Shown piece after piece: positions 37,340-50,201 of a stretch of DNA of 64,000 nt. Origin of the DNA: Takakia lepidozioides (Eukaryota > Plantae > Bryophyta); NCBI GenBank assembly GCA_030704615.1, contig CM060733.1:23312001-23376000 (forward strand), read 5' to 3'. Each line of letters starts with the position of its first letter. The stretch's first letter is position 1. Under the pieces are notes generated by a model. That model had not been told where the DNA came from and made no database searches. It worked only from the letters and a program-made list of their open reading frames with translations. The translations under genes and the position numbers were made by a program.

Positions 37340-37415
37340 AACACCTCTACTAGGGCAGTATTTAGATTGGCATCTTCTATGACTCCAACTTTGACAATGA
37401 ACCCTGTAGATATGA
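37340..37415 (-). pseudogene. Short PLS-PPR fragment (L-S junction)
   Basis: GFIVKVGVIEDANLNTALVEV resembles HGDIIKAGIVPDVILNTALVDM of PLS PPR repeats. Confidence 0.5.
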
Positions 37416-37508
37416 GCATTCCAATGCTTGAGAACACATCTCAAGATGGATATCATACATCACTAACTTAGCTTGATCCACAGTATGGAGCATGAAAATG
37501 TAAATGAA

Positions 37509-37600
37509 AATGTAGTCTCATGGAGTATCATTATTGCAGGCTATGCTCAGCATGGGTGTGGTAGGGAGGACCTCCAACTATTTGAACAAACGCAATGGAT
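37509..37600 (+). pseudogene. Short PLS-PPR fragment (P motif)
   Basis: NVVSWSIIIAGYAQHGCGREDLQLFEQ. The DNA gcaggctatgctcagcatgggtgtggtagggagg is close to 14082-14115 of the PPR gene. Confidence 0.85.
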
Positions 37601-38524
37601 AAAACATAGAGTTTGGACAGATCAGAGTTGTCTGTAAAACAGTCTCTTCTGCAAAGGGCTTGTGTGCAGCAGCTGGTGGGCCCAGAAGGAGCTTGTGCAA
37701 TATCATTGTGTTCCCTCCACTGGACTCATAAGCATCATCAGACATTGAAAGACATTTCAAAAGGGATCGACCAGCCAAGCATGCCTGTCAAAACAGGGAG
37801 AAACCTGCATGGAGCAATTCCAGAAAAAATTCTCACCTTTGCGACTCAGGAAGGCCTTTTGCTGTCTTCTAGCATCAAATCGTTGTGAACTCTACAGGCA
37901 CCAAGCACCACAACTCCCTCTTCCCTGCAGCCTTTCGCACTTGGTGATCGCTTGTCACTGACAAAAAGATAGCACAAGTCTCTCAAACTGACCTTCCACT
38001 GAATAGCAGTCTGAACGCGGCAGGGCCTGGGTCGTCAAGCCACTCCCACGGGCTCCGTCCACCATAGCCGCGGGAAGACGGGCGGGCAGCCCGATTTTTA
38101 TTTTTTTTGCGCTCCTGCTAACAAACTGCCGCGCGACGGTTTGTTAGTAGCCAGGTGCGGCCGCCGTCGAGGTTCCTGCCAGACCTGCTAGCTAGCCGGC
38201 GCGCTAGCTGCGGCTAGTGGCCTGCTAGCTAACCGGCAGGTGCGGCCGGGGCCTAAGCTACAACAAGAGTTAATAACTATCATGTAAAGGGGGGAAAAAG
38301 GCAAGAAGGTAAGACCTATTAAATAGGGGATGGTTCATGGTTAGATTGGGGTAAATAGGTGCTGGTTTCTAGGAGTGATGTGTGTTAGGGCAGCCTTCTA
38401 GAAGGTCCCACCGCTTCAAGGGTAGTGGGCCTTCTAGAAGGGTCCCACAGGCCCCTGAGGGGATATAAAGAGAGCCGGGCTCTCTTCCCCTCCCTTGCAT
38501 CTTACTATCTTATTATATGCACTT

Positions 38525-38610
38525 GAGGAGGTAGCCCAATGGTTGGGTGTTTGTGCCTTGCCTGTGCATAACTTAGGTGATCCTGGGTTCAATCCTTCAA
38601 CATGTGCCTT
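38525..38610 (+). other. tRNA-like Pol III promoter remnant (SINE-like)
   Basis: A box ggtagcccaatggtt and B box gggttcaatcc, with no proper cloverleaf. Confidence 0.45.
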
Positions 38611-38847
38611 CAGACCATCCATTGGGCCCTTGATGGCCTCTGTGTTGAGCAGTAGGCTCTGTAAATTCATATCTATTCTTTCTACTTATTACTTACTACT
38701 TACTAGTACCTAGGGGGCTCTGCACACACGTAGGCCCCCAAAAAAAAGTGCAAACTATGGCACAATAAATAGAAGTAGAGGCAATGATGAATAGGGGCCA
38801 GACTAAAGAGATGGACGCATCGACAGCTAGGATTGATTATTGATGAG

Positions 38848-39214
38848 TGGCTAGTGTAACCTAGGCTAATGTGACCCCGGGGGTCTCTGTAACTAACTGC
38901 GGGTTGGTATAAGTCTAGCTAGTGGCACCCCAAGTCTTATGTAACTCCTCTTAGTCAGCCAAATTTGAGTCAAATACTTGGTCAAATTTGGACTTGAATT
39001 TAGTCAAAATTTCGAGGACTTACACTCCCCTGTAACTCGGTGTAACCCCAAGTGGAGTTTACACGCCCACCCCACTCAATGTAAATCACACTTTGGTCTC
39101 AGAATTTGACTTAAGTAGTCCAAATTTGGCTAAGCATAAAATGTACTAAAGAGAAGTTACACAAGCCAAAGGGGTTACACAAACCTGGGGTTAGACCTGG
39201 GGTCACACTAGCCA
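38848..39214. mobile_element. MITE-like fold-back element
   Basis: Left end tggctagtgtaacctaggctaatgtgacccc pairs with right end ggggtcacactagcca. Internal inverted pairs agccaaatttg/caaatttggct and gtaactcctct/agagaagttac. No clear TSD. Confidence 0.6.
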
Positions 39215-40109
39215 CCAATCAAAAATCAAACCCGACACCTCACTGTCTATATTGCCATCGCCTTACCAGTAGGCTCTACTCTCCACTGCTTGGCAACCTC
39301 CGGCACTCTAATAAATTTTTTAATACTGAATCTAAGGTAAAAGCAATAATCACTAGAATGATATAACGTCCTAAACCCTAAACCCTAAAATGATATATGA
39401 GTATTGTCGACATATGAGTGTATCTTTACACATGTATATATGTAGATTGTTGTGCATTGAAGTTTATATGTGAGAGGGTGGGGAAGATTTGATAGGGGCT
39501 TGTCGAAGCGCCTCAACGATGAAAGTCCTATCAGGTTGCATCCTATTGTATTGTTTTCCATTTAAGAATAGAATGGGATTTAGAAACAAAAATACGAATG
39601 CCAAAAATAATTAAGGGGAAGAACAACTTCCATTACAAAATGCTCAATTATCTTTCCGTGGATTTAGATTCCCGAATTTGTTCTAAATTCTTTATAACAA
39701 TTCGGCGTGCCAACTTGAGTAGATTAATCCCTAAACGCCTAGTGGGTTAGTTTGACTTTTTAGAAAAAAATGGCCCTTATGTAAAAGAAAAATCGGAATA
39801 ACTCCCTGAAAAAAACAAATCTACAAAAATTGATGGACAAATAATGCCTACCTACCTCTTGTGAAGGGCTCTGCAAATTTGCAAGCCAATCTGGTTACAT
39901 CCCTCAAAACGCCATTGGTGGGCCTGGCATGTTTTGGGCCCTTTGCAAGAGACCTATATATATATATATATATATTCATTTTGGATGATGGGATGAAGGG
40001 AGATGGACCTGTCACTTCAAGTCCTTCATCCCCACAGGATTTTGCATCAAACAAAACAGAAAAAATGGATAAAAACACATGGAGTGTCAGGTGGTCAACG
40101 TCTGGTCAG

Positions 40110-40149
<40 letters not shown>

Positions 40150-41774
40150 CATTTTTGGATTTTCTGGACACTTTACAAACAAGGTCCCAATTTGATCTAT
40201 GCATGATTGTGTTGCTTTGCAGGCCCAACAATATGTTATCTCTTTGTGAATGTGCCCCATTGACAGCCCCACACCCAACATCCCAGCCTATTTTGGAGTA
40301 CCTATACTCTACTTTCTAAGCAACGTGCCTACTTTCATTCTTCTCAGCTCCTAGTCTTGCATTACATTCCCAACATGTCCCAACTTATTAGGTAGTTTTT
40401 TTTATTGCCATTAGTATGTGCATCCCCAACTAAGCCCGAAGCTCTATCACAATTAAACAATACCACCACATACCTCCCTTTAGTGTGCCCCTATTGTTGA
40501 GGGTGCTTGCTTACATATTTGTCATCCTTACCACGCATCACATTACATCAAATGGCCAGGAAGATTAAAGAAGTCCATTGGAACAACATCATCAGGCAAA
40601 AAGTGGTTTGGTAATCCAAGGACAAGACCAATTAACCTTACCTTAGGCAATTTAGTGGCTTGAGAATTCCTCATATCATCCTTAAATATGAGATCAGTAG
40701 CAGATCAATCTTCCCATTTTTCGGGCAACTCATACAAATCAAGCTCATGGCGAGCATTACTCGTATCCTCACAGTAATTCCATATGTCTGGATTTTCTCT
40801 AGTGGATCATAGTCATCATCCCTGTCACTATCAATTTTTTCCAACTCAAATTTATCAAGCAATTCAGCATTAGGTCCAAGCCCCAACATTTCAATGACAG
40901 TGCATGACATACTAGCATCTTCCAGATTGACAGTCTCAGTTTTCAAACCCCCCCCCCCCCCCCCCCCAGAAAAGATACAAAATATACTTCGCATGTAGCC
41001 TGCACAATGTCCCAATTGGAATCTATGACAATGCCATATTTCAAGGACATTAGAGGATCCATGCATGACATCTTCCAAATACCCCATAACCTCTAGAAAA
41101 AATTGATGAGCTGGGACAGACTTGCACAAGTGAGAAATGCCATAAAAACTTTGCTTAAATCACAAACCATGACTTTCATAATGGATCCCAAAAGCCCATA
41201 AAATCGTCTTCACTTTAGTTGTGAGCAACCACATCCCTAACTGTGACACATTGGGAGTTGCGAAGAGAATAAGAAATAGGAACTGGTTCAGAACCCAGAG
41301 CTCTCAACTCTCCAAAATCAAAAGGACACATTGGTAATTGTACCCTGAAACCTTGTAAGGCTCTTCAGCCTCATTGTCACTAGAAAAGCTAGGCTAAAAG
41401 TCAGACCACCAGAGAAGCAAAGGAGATTACAATATCCCCCTGAAATTACTGTGCTCATTCAATTTAGTTGTTTAGTCAATGCCGAAGTTTTCAAAAGTAG
41501 CATATGGGCTTATAGCCTTTTTGTAGTAAAAGATTCCTAGGCACAACACGTAGGTATGATAACACGAAGCTGCCAATTGGTGAGGTTTTTGCTGCAACGA
41601 TTAAGAGGAAGAGGGTGTATGATATCTACAGGTTGAAGGGCTTTGTTGGCGGCAAGGTCTGCTACATTCTATACTTAGTCTAATATTGCGGAGAAAACCC
41701 CTATGAGTATGTAGTGAGTATGTCTTTCTATATACTCTTTGTGCCGGCTGGCTTCACATCTGTGGTCTGTCTAG

Positions 41775-42670
41775 AAGAGACAAATGACATACATACGTCT
41801 TGTCTTTTTTGTATGCTCTCTTCACTTCTCCATAAGAATTTTATGTGCTAGGCTTTTGTGGTTTTTTTATCCTCTTACCTCCCCCCCTCTTCTCTATCAC
41901 TGTGTTGAGCTTTGGGCAAAGTTGTGTTTGCTGGATTTGGTGTCTTTTATGTGGTTCATTCAGATTAGAATAGTTGACAACTTTAATGAGTTGATAAGTA
42001 CCTTAGATCAAGTCGTAATTTAAACAGGTTCAAGCCCCCTTAGATAATTTCCAGATACTAGGATCATCAGTTTTATTTTACAGTTAAGAGTTACTTTGAA
42101 ACATCCTCTGCAAATTGTCAAGCTCAAATCCATGCCAAAGTGATGAATAGGTGTCAACTTTTTATGCTGGAGAAATTTAAAATGTTGAAAGCTCTGCTAT
42201 GAAGATGGGAGAAACAGTGTGGAGGTAGTGCCATGAAAATTGATATAACTGGAAGAAGTAAGTGGCGTACATACATCTTGTCTTTTGTATGCTCTCTTTA
42301 CCTCTCCATAGATCAATGATATGTGCTGAGCTTATGTATTTTATTTATCCTCTTTGCCTTCTCCCCTCTTCGAGCGATCATTGTGTTGTCAAGCTTTGGG
42401 CAATTCTGTTTCCTGGATTTGGTGTCTTTTATGTGGTTCAGACAAAAATTTGTTAAGACAACTCTAATGAATTGATTAGTACTTTAGATCTAATTTAAAC
42501 ATAATATTCAAACTGCCTTAGATAATTTCCAGATATTGGGCCTAGTTTGATTTTATAGAGGTAGCAAATTGTTAAGCTCAAATCCATGCCAAAGTACTGA
42601 GTAGGTGTCAGACTTTTATGTTGGAGAGGCAGTGCAGTATAGAGGCAGTGCAGTGAAAATTGCAAAATGT
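41775..42670 (+). repeat. Diverged tandem duplication (unit about 480 bp)
   Basis: tacatac.tcttgtctttt..gtatgctctctt...ggatttggtgtcttttatgtggttca...ttagataatttccagata...aagctcaaatccatgccaaagt occurs at about 41790-42240 and 42267-42660. Confidence 0.85.
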
Positions 42671-43986
42671 GGATGTGGTAATTAAGTAGTTTGGGTAGAC
42701 CTTATATTGCAGTCATTATAGAATTTGGGTTTTTCCAACTATCAGATACAAAGGCTACAACCATTTTTATATCATGGGATCTCATAATACTAAAATATTA
42801 AGCCTTTCATTTCACAGAGGTAGTGTTTGTTGTCCCTTTCTTTGTTTTGCCCAAAGTGTGCACATGATCTATGGCTACACGACTATAGGCCGAAACGACT
42901 TCTTATCATGAATACATTGTCTCTTTGTAACTCTTCTCCGGTGCCATCCACACTCCAATGAACCATACACAATACATGGAGATTTGTGTGTGGGGATTTC
43001 TAGAGGAAATATGGAAAGCCACAACATTTTTTTCAGATATCATGGGAAGTCCTAGTACTAGAGTGCGCCCATCATAGAGGTATTGTGTGTTCTCTCTTCC
43101 CTTCGTTCTGCCCAAAATGCATATAAGGTGATCTATGGACACAAGACCACGACAAACAACTTCTTATGGGCACATTATCTCTTTTGTGACTTATGGTGGC
43201 AAGGACTAATGATTTTGTTATTGGTTTATAGAGCTACAATTCCATATTTGAATACTCTGACAATCTTTAAGGAAAGCTATTGAATCCAGAATTGGATTCT
43301 GAGGTCATACGCAAACTCATTTGGATAGGGTACGAGTTGGATTACAAACTCATTTGTCTTATATTGGCATATATAAATTGTTGTGGAAGATACTCCTACG
43401 ACATCTTTTTTTTTACTATGAATGTTGGATGTTAACTTGTATATGTTAAAGGCCAGAATGCTAGGGCATTTCATCTACATGCTCGCATCCAACGATTTGG
43501 AAGTCTCACAACCTGTTTCATCACAACCTTTATTATGTATTGTGACCAAGTTCCCCGGTCCCAAAACATGTGTCCAAAATGAAGAATGATCTAGAACGTG
43601 ATTTTTCGACTAGGCTAGGCTGTATGTGGTCAATCTTAAATTGCCTTAGAAAATCAAGAGATGAGGCAATGAGATTAATTCAAAGATGCTAAGAGGTGGA
43701 TATCATGGTAGTTGGGTATCCCCTCATCATTGGTGAGATTTCCTAGCGCCAGATTTTTCTTATAAATTCTCAAATCCATCCAATCTTGTCTCTATGTGGT
43801 TCTTTCCGGTTTGCACTAGACATAAGATGGGAGTTAAATGCACAATCCGAGAAAATACAGGTATTCATACCAGATTCATGTACCCAAGTTGCTCATACCT
43901 GTATAGATACCTATACCACCCTGGTATTAAAAAAGTGGTGGGACCCCTCATACCAGGACCAGTCTGGTATTAAAAATGGTACATAC

Positions 43987-44912
43987 CAGTGTTGTGCGGG
44001 TTCTGCCTTTTTAAGGAACCCGCCGGGTCCGGGTGCGGGTTGTTTTTCAGAGCCAAGTCCGGGTCCGGGTTTTTGAAATTTGGAAAATCTGGGTTCGGGT
44101 TCGGGTCCGGGTTTGTCAACACGGACTTGGGTTAGGGTGGTAGTTGTTGGGAAATATTAGCGGGTTCACGGGTTCGGATCCGGGTCCTAATTTATTGATT
44201 AAATAAATTAGAAAATTAAGATTAATTAGGGATAAATTTATTTTTGGCTTGAAAAAACTTTAAATCCTAATAATGAATTTTATTTTAAGAGACATTCCTT
44301 CAAAATATACCATGAATATGAATATGTATACCATGAATAAGAATTAAATTAAGTTTGAGTTCCATTTTCTATTTTTTAATATCAATTCTTTAAACATGTT
44401 AAGAATAGTAATATGCCTGGGGGTAGATCACTATAGCATGGATGTGTGGGATCTGGCATAATAATAATATATGACGCCTCCTTTGGGAGGTGTAAATTAT
44501 GGTCCCAGAGGGCACAACTTTGTGACACCACTCCAGGGATTGAACCCACAACCCCTTTTGAGGTGGTATGTGGGCATTACCACTGGGCTACAACGTGGTG
44601 GGGCTGGCTGCTGCGGCCTATTGCTGCTTGTCCCCTCCACACATATGACAAAACCTACCAGATCTAAGGTGGACCCGGTATGCCCCATCTAAATTTAAGA
44701 CCTGGACCCTGACCCGCTACAATGGCCAATGGGTAGCGGGTTTAAGGGATTCTGGACCCAGCAGGCGGGTCCGGTTCCGGATTCATTCTTAGAAGTGAAT
44801 CCGGGTTAGGGTCCGGGTTTTTTGTGATAGCACGGTCCTGGTGCGGGTCCGGGTAACCCTGATCCTAACCTGCCAGGTACTCGCCTTCAAAACCCGGACC
44901 CGCACAACACTG
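43987..44912. mobile_element. Non-autonomous hAT element (926 bp)
   Basis: 15-bp perfect TIR CAGTGTTGTGCGGGT and 8-bp TSD GTACATAC (43979-43986 and 44913-44920). Many subterminal ccgggt/gggtcc repeats around an AT-rich core. Confidence 0.95.
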
Positions 44913-46168
44913 GTACATACCAGCCAACACTGGAAATAACCCCTGCCAGAATTGGGGACCCTCATTATGGTCTTTGGTCATTTTGGTTATGCAAGGATAT
45001 CTTTCGCAAGATCACACACTGCAGCCAGGTGGGCACACTAAATAATTCCCCTTCATGGAATGTGGACCCACATGCGGTTGTGGGACACTGGTGAAATGAA
45101 GCCACATGGATGCAATCAATGGAATATAAGGATCTAACAACACAATTGGGAAATCCTGCCCTGGGTGGAATCTGTTGAATGGGCATTGCTGGACAGGACG
45201 GTACGCAAATTTACATGGGAAAATTTCAGCCAAGTTTCTAAGAAGACTAGGGTAGCCTGTGCCGTCAGCCCAAGTGCCCAATGTCATCTAAGTCATCTAA
45301 GTCATCTAAGTCTAATCATTTTTTTTTCACAGAGCCTACGTCCAGATTTGAACCGGAGACCTTTTCCTTGATATCTCTCCTGTCGAGGCTCCAATCATTG
45401 TCCCAAGAAAGCCCACTTTGCTATTTTTCATGAATGTCCAGCAACCAAAAGTACTTGAAATTCCACATCTCCCACACTGCAGGTCCAAAAACTATGAGAC
45501 CAAGCCAATGCACCCCTCCTCGTTGAGGGTTTTCCAACGGTACCCGGGCACCAACAGTGGGGCTCCACAGTTCATGACATCTCAACGTGACAAACAAAAC
45601 AAAACAAACAAACAAACAAACAGGCTTGCTTCATATATTGATAGGCTAATAATCCTTGCCAGCAAAGGAAAAAGTCTACATTACATTCACCAAAAAGAAG
45701 ACTAAATTGATGAATGATGCATAGGTAGTCCCTCCGAGACATTCTGACAGAGCCCAACTACGGGAAGAAAAAAGAGAGCCCTTCAACGCTCCTGCCAAGT
45801 GTTCTTTATTCAGAGTCAAAGACCAAATGATGTTGGAGCACAAGTGTGCACACAAGAGCCAAGAAGCCAAGTTCCCATTTCATAGGATTGACCCAGCATA
45901 CTTGTGAGTTGTCTTACATGTGTGTCTCGAGAGGTCCAAAATTCTGAAGTTGTAACCTTAGTGCCCGCGTCCCTGTGAAATCAACAATAATTTAATTTGA
46001 TGCCGTTCCCGTCTTAGCTTTGAGGAAGCTCGAGTACTCTGGTCTTTCAATTTCTCAATGTCAAAACAATAGTTTTATAGGTTGAAAAATGGCCACCGCA
46101 AATGAACCAATGCGTGAATTACTTTGTACAGATTAAGCTGGAGTTCCTATGACAACGAGGATGGCTTG

Positions 46169-49100
46169 TCACAGAATGCTCTCCTCCAGTTTAGGGCAAT
46201 GGCGGGCGTACAAGGCCCGCTCAACCTCTGGCCAGTCCCTTACTCTTGTAATCAATGGATGAGTGGGACCTTGAGCAGTCTTACTCCATGGATAGCTGCC
46301 ATCCAAGTCAAACAGCAGCACTTCAATGCCGTGCTCTGCACACTCCAGTGCATACTTTGGGTTGTCGTCGATCAATATCTCCACCCCTAGGGACCTGGGC
46401 AAAGTAGAGAGAACAGCTGTTAATATTCGACGAGTCCAGGAAATTCCAGAAAACACACAACAGACGGGATGGAGAGAGAAAAGCAGCACAAGCCAGTTTT
46501 CAGGACCAGAGTTCCCTGGACGCCCCCAATGGTTATGCTCTAAAGGCAACGGCATAACTGCTACAGTAAAGAATGAGAGGAAAGTAAAAGTATTTATTGT
46601 ATTCAAATGCCCAAAGATAGCCAGAGGAACACTAGAGAGAGAAGAAACTTATGACTTCCAGAGGTCCAGAGTGCACGGGATACAGACGAAAATCCAGAGA
46701 AAGAGAGAGGGAGTGTGAGTTTGTTTTAGAGCGAAACGATAAGAAGGAAGAAGCAACCAAAATGTGAAGACCCTACCAATAGATGATCAGATACACACAC
46801 AGACAGAGAGAGACCTGCAAATCTCTGACTTTGGACGAGCCTTGCCCTCCAGTGCAAAGTGGTTCCCAAAATGAACCCCCTTAAATATGCTGGGATAGTG
46901 CTGCTCTATCCACTCCAATGTTGGTTTTCTTATCACATGCTGTCGCGATCTGTCCCTCCAATAGAAAGAGGATTTCTCATTACAGGACGTGTCATCGACC
47001 ATTATGTGCCCTGATAATTGACTACAAATAGTACTTTTCTATGATGCAAAAGATGTGGAAAGATCACAAATCCAGAAACAAATAAATCTGGAGAATTTAC
47101 ACTAAAATAAAACACAGACAATTGAAGCAGCGCTACAGTACTTGCACTTATCCTGAATGTCTCTAGTTGGAGCAAGTGAGCAGATTGTGCAAGGGTTTGT
47201 ACTTACGTTACCACAACCAAGTGGCAGTACAACGCCAATCGCAGCAGAGTTGGATGAGCTCCAGGAATGGGCAGAATCCCATTGTTAAAGTGCTCTGACT
47301 CAAAGAATGCATGAACACGACTGTTGGCTGCATAAAACATACAAGATGCCAAACTCAATTGTCACAGAATAATCCCTGCAAGCGTAGATTACAGACTGTT
47401 GCAATGAAACTTAACTTTGTTGGAGAAAACCTCTCCGTTTCATCTAAAACTAGCCATCTTTACATCTCAATGGGCAAATGCCTGCTGAAATTGAACCCTG
47501 GACGGAAGGTGAGAAAACTGCCCGAGTCAACCCAATCAGCAATGTCTTTACTGTTTGAGCTACAGTCTCCATTAGAAGTTGGGGGAATTTAGGCTACAGT
47601 GTAACCAGGGCCTATCATTTCAATCAGCACCCACGTAGCATAATCTCCAACATAGAACACCATGGATCTAAGCAAAAGGACAACCTAGAGTGTGGCCACA
47701 GTGCCCTGACCTCTCACTTATCTGCTGGTAATTTGACAGCTAAAACAGTAAATAGGACAGATGAATTGATACTTAACTCACCCTAATCAACACCAACCTC
47801 AAAACCTTCAATAAGGCTAGTTGTAATACCTTCAGCTTGGGAGCATTTCCAGATCTGCAAAGAGACCCCCACAAATTTCATCCTTATTCTCTGGCCTGGA
47901 TTTACCACTACAGAGAGCTTCCATGGCCAGCTTTGACCCTCGACAGACAGCACATCAAACTGCAAAAGTTTTTCCAGCATACATTGCACTAAAGGCTGCA
48001 CATGTCAAGTTTATATAACGAAAATGGCATTTACAGGATTGAAGCTTGAGAAATTTTTACAGGGCAGCCCTTGAACCCAGTGAGTGCTTAAACCCTAGAT
48101 GTCACACTTTCTATCATCAAACAAGGTTTGTAAGCATCACCCACCTTCATGAAATCATAGACATGGTACTCAGACAGTTTGTGATGTAGCAGATACTCTT
48201 CAGCAATGAAGGTGTTCAATGTGGCAAGAAAGCTGCCAAGCACTGCAAGAACAAGACAGTGACTGAGAGTGATTGCAACATTTAACATAGGGGCCAGTCC
48301 CTGAGTGACTGACTTGAGCTGGATCCAAGAATAGTCTAGGGGAGATTAGCCCTTCGGGGGTAGTGACACCATAAGTTACACCTGCTTCTGGCAGGAGCCT
48401 TCCTCGAGGAGGGAATCTACAGTTGATCAAATGGACTGAGCCATGATTAAGACTTCCCTTACTCACTAGCCTATTTTTTGAACTATCCTCATATTAGTTT
48501 AAGCAGCCTTAAGTTTATTTGTTCAGAACTTAAAAAGTTTTACAGTGCCTAGGAGCTCCAAAAAGGTTGGGATCTCTGGTGGAAAATGTATATCAACAAT
48601 ATAAATCAATCCGCAAGCAGTGCTGCTCACACCCAGCTGCTCTTGGCAGAGAGAAAGAAAGAAGGAAGGACAGAAACTTCTAAACTTCTGCAGGAGGGCT
48701 AGCATCTCCCTCGGATCTCTACAGAGAGGACAGAGAAAGATACAGAGAGCTAAGGGCCAATGCACTTTAGGTGCTGACTTTACTCCCGAAGAGAATAAAT
48801 CTAGCAAAAGTTGTTCCCCAGCCTGTTTTGAACTGAAATAGTCAATTGGAAATCACTTGATTCTCAACCAAAACTAGCATGGAGGCTTATTACCACATAA
48901 AACTCTCCAGCAACAAGCTGATATTTCTTCTGCCGAGTTTTGACCTTTAGCATTTCAACAATCTGGGAAATACAGTTGATGGACAATTTTAGACGGAATA
49001 ATCGGCTAAGGAAGCAGAAAGAGGTAATGCCGATGCACACCTTCATCGACATCCACAGCCACGTGCAACAGCTTCGGTGAAACGTTGGACGAACCCGGCA

Positions 49101-49551
49101 ACACCAAACTCTGCTCATGACCGAGACACGTATCCTCATCATCTAAGACACTGCGAAGAGACCCCGATCCTTCAGAGGCTGTGATAAATGGTGCATCCTG
49201 TCGTCTTGATTGCTCCACTATTACTGCATTCTTATAACCCGCAGACGGCAGAGTCTCAATTACTCTGATCAAGTCATCTGAAAATCTTGCAGCTTCCAAC
49301 TTACTATGAAGTCGACGGCTGTTCTGATTGCAAGAACGTAAGACTCGAATTCGCAACTTGGAAAAATGATGTGGTAAATTATCTTTGCTTTTGGCATTTC
49401 CACTCGTTCGATGAGTAAAAATTCCGCTAGTGCCCCTCCACACTGCGCGCCTGGGCTTCGACGCTGTTGTCGACGCGTCGTTTCCACAAGAAAAACATAA
49501 CACAGATTTTGTAACAGGAAGTGATCCCGACACGGCTGCTTTAAAAGCCAT
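46169..49551 (-). CDS. HAD-superfamily 5'(3')-deoxyribonucleotidase-like protein with a probable organellar transit peptide, six exons
   Basis: Motif I HVAVDVDE|VLG, then YHVYDFMK|IWKCS, LVVVT|SRQ, HFGNHFAL and motif IV ILIDDNPKYA. Exons at about 49551-49042, 48243-48144, 47853-47830, 47330-47207, 46950-46815 and 46394-46169. S/R-rich N-terminus. Confidence 0.9.
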
Positions 49552-50201
49552 GCCAGCCACAATCAAGCAAACTACTTTCTTGCAATGGCTTCGCCCCGAG
49601 CTTGATTATCGAAAAAATAAAAAGAGTCCCGCTCTGATTTGAAGAATGTGTATTCAAGATCTTAAATCCAAGCACAAAGATCCGACCAAAGTTCATCAAC
49701 TTCACACTCCAGAGTCAGCTATATCGCCATGCAACCTTCCGATACATATCCGCAACTGTAAGCAGTCAAGACCGCCACGGCCCGTGCTGCTTTCCCCTCT
49801 GGCTCCACTACAAATCCCTGCTACGAACTCAAAAAATCGCAAGATCTTATTAGCAGCCTATCACATCATCACAGGTCCAGATACTCATGTACAGGAAAAC
49901 TACCGGTAGGCGTCACGAGGGGCACTTCTGGAATTTGATACTAGCGCTCTGCTTGCTTCCACTCACCACACACCGCAAATCACCTTCACCAGATTCCCGC
50001 GCACCATCGCTAGCCTCCTAAATCCGAAGCTAGATTCTCCTCCTCTCTTCCCCATCGCCTTGTTCCCGCGGCTCTTCTTCTCTCTTCTTCTTCTCTCTCT
50101 CTCTCATGCGGCAATACGCTGACGCTTCCTCGCGGTCACCCTAACCGGACCCACGCACCGGTACTCCGTTAAATGTTTTTTTTCTCTTATTTTTTAAATT
50201 T

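Larger units (their letters stand above)
28889..38253. mobile_element. PIF/Harbinger DNA transposon (9365 bp) with captured cargo (Pack-type)
   Basis: Perfect 17-bp TIR GGCCCCGGCCGCACCTG at both ends and TAA TSD (28886-28888 and 38254-38256). GC-rich subterminal ctagc motifs. Encodes the Myb/SANT plus DDE transposase pair typical of the superfamily. Confidence 0.96.

Noticed and set aside
39369-39389. Telomere or interstitial telomeric array (CCCTAAA)
   Set aside because: Fewer than three full units; at most a telo-box.
40108-40148. Poly-G as a glycine-rich ORF or functional G-quadruplex
   Set aside because: Simple homopolymer of unreliable length, and the ORFs spanning it have no recognisable domain.
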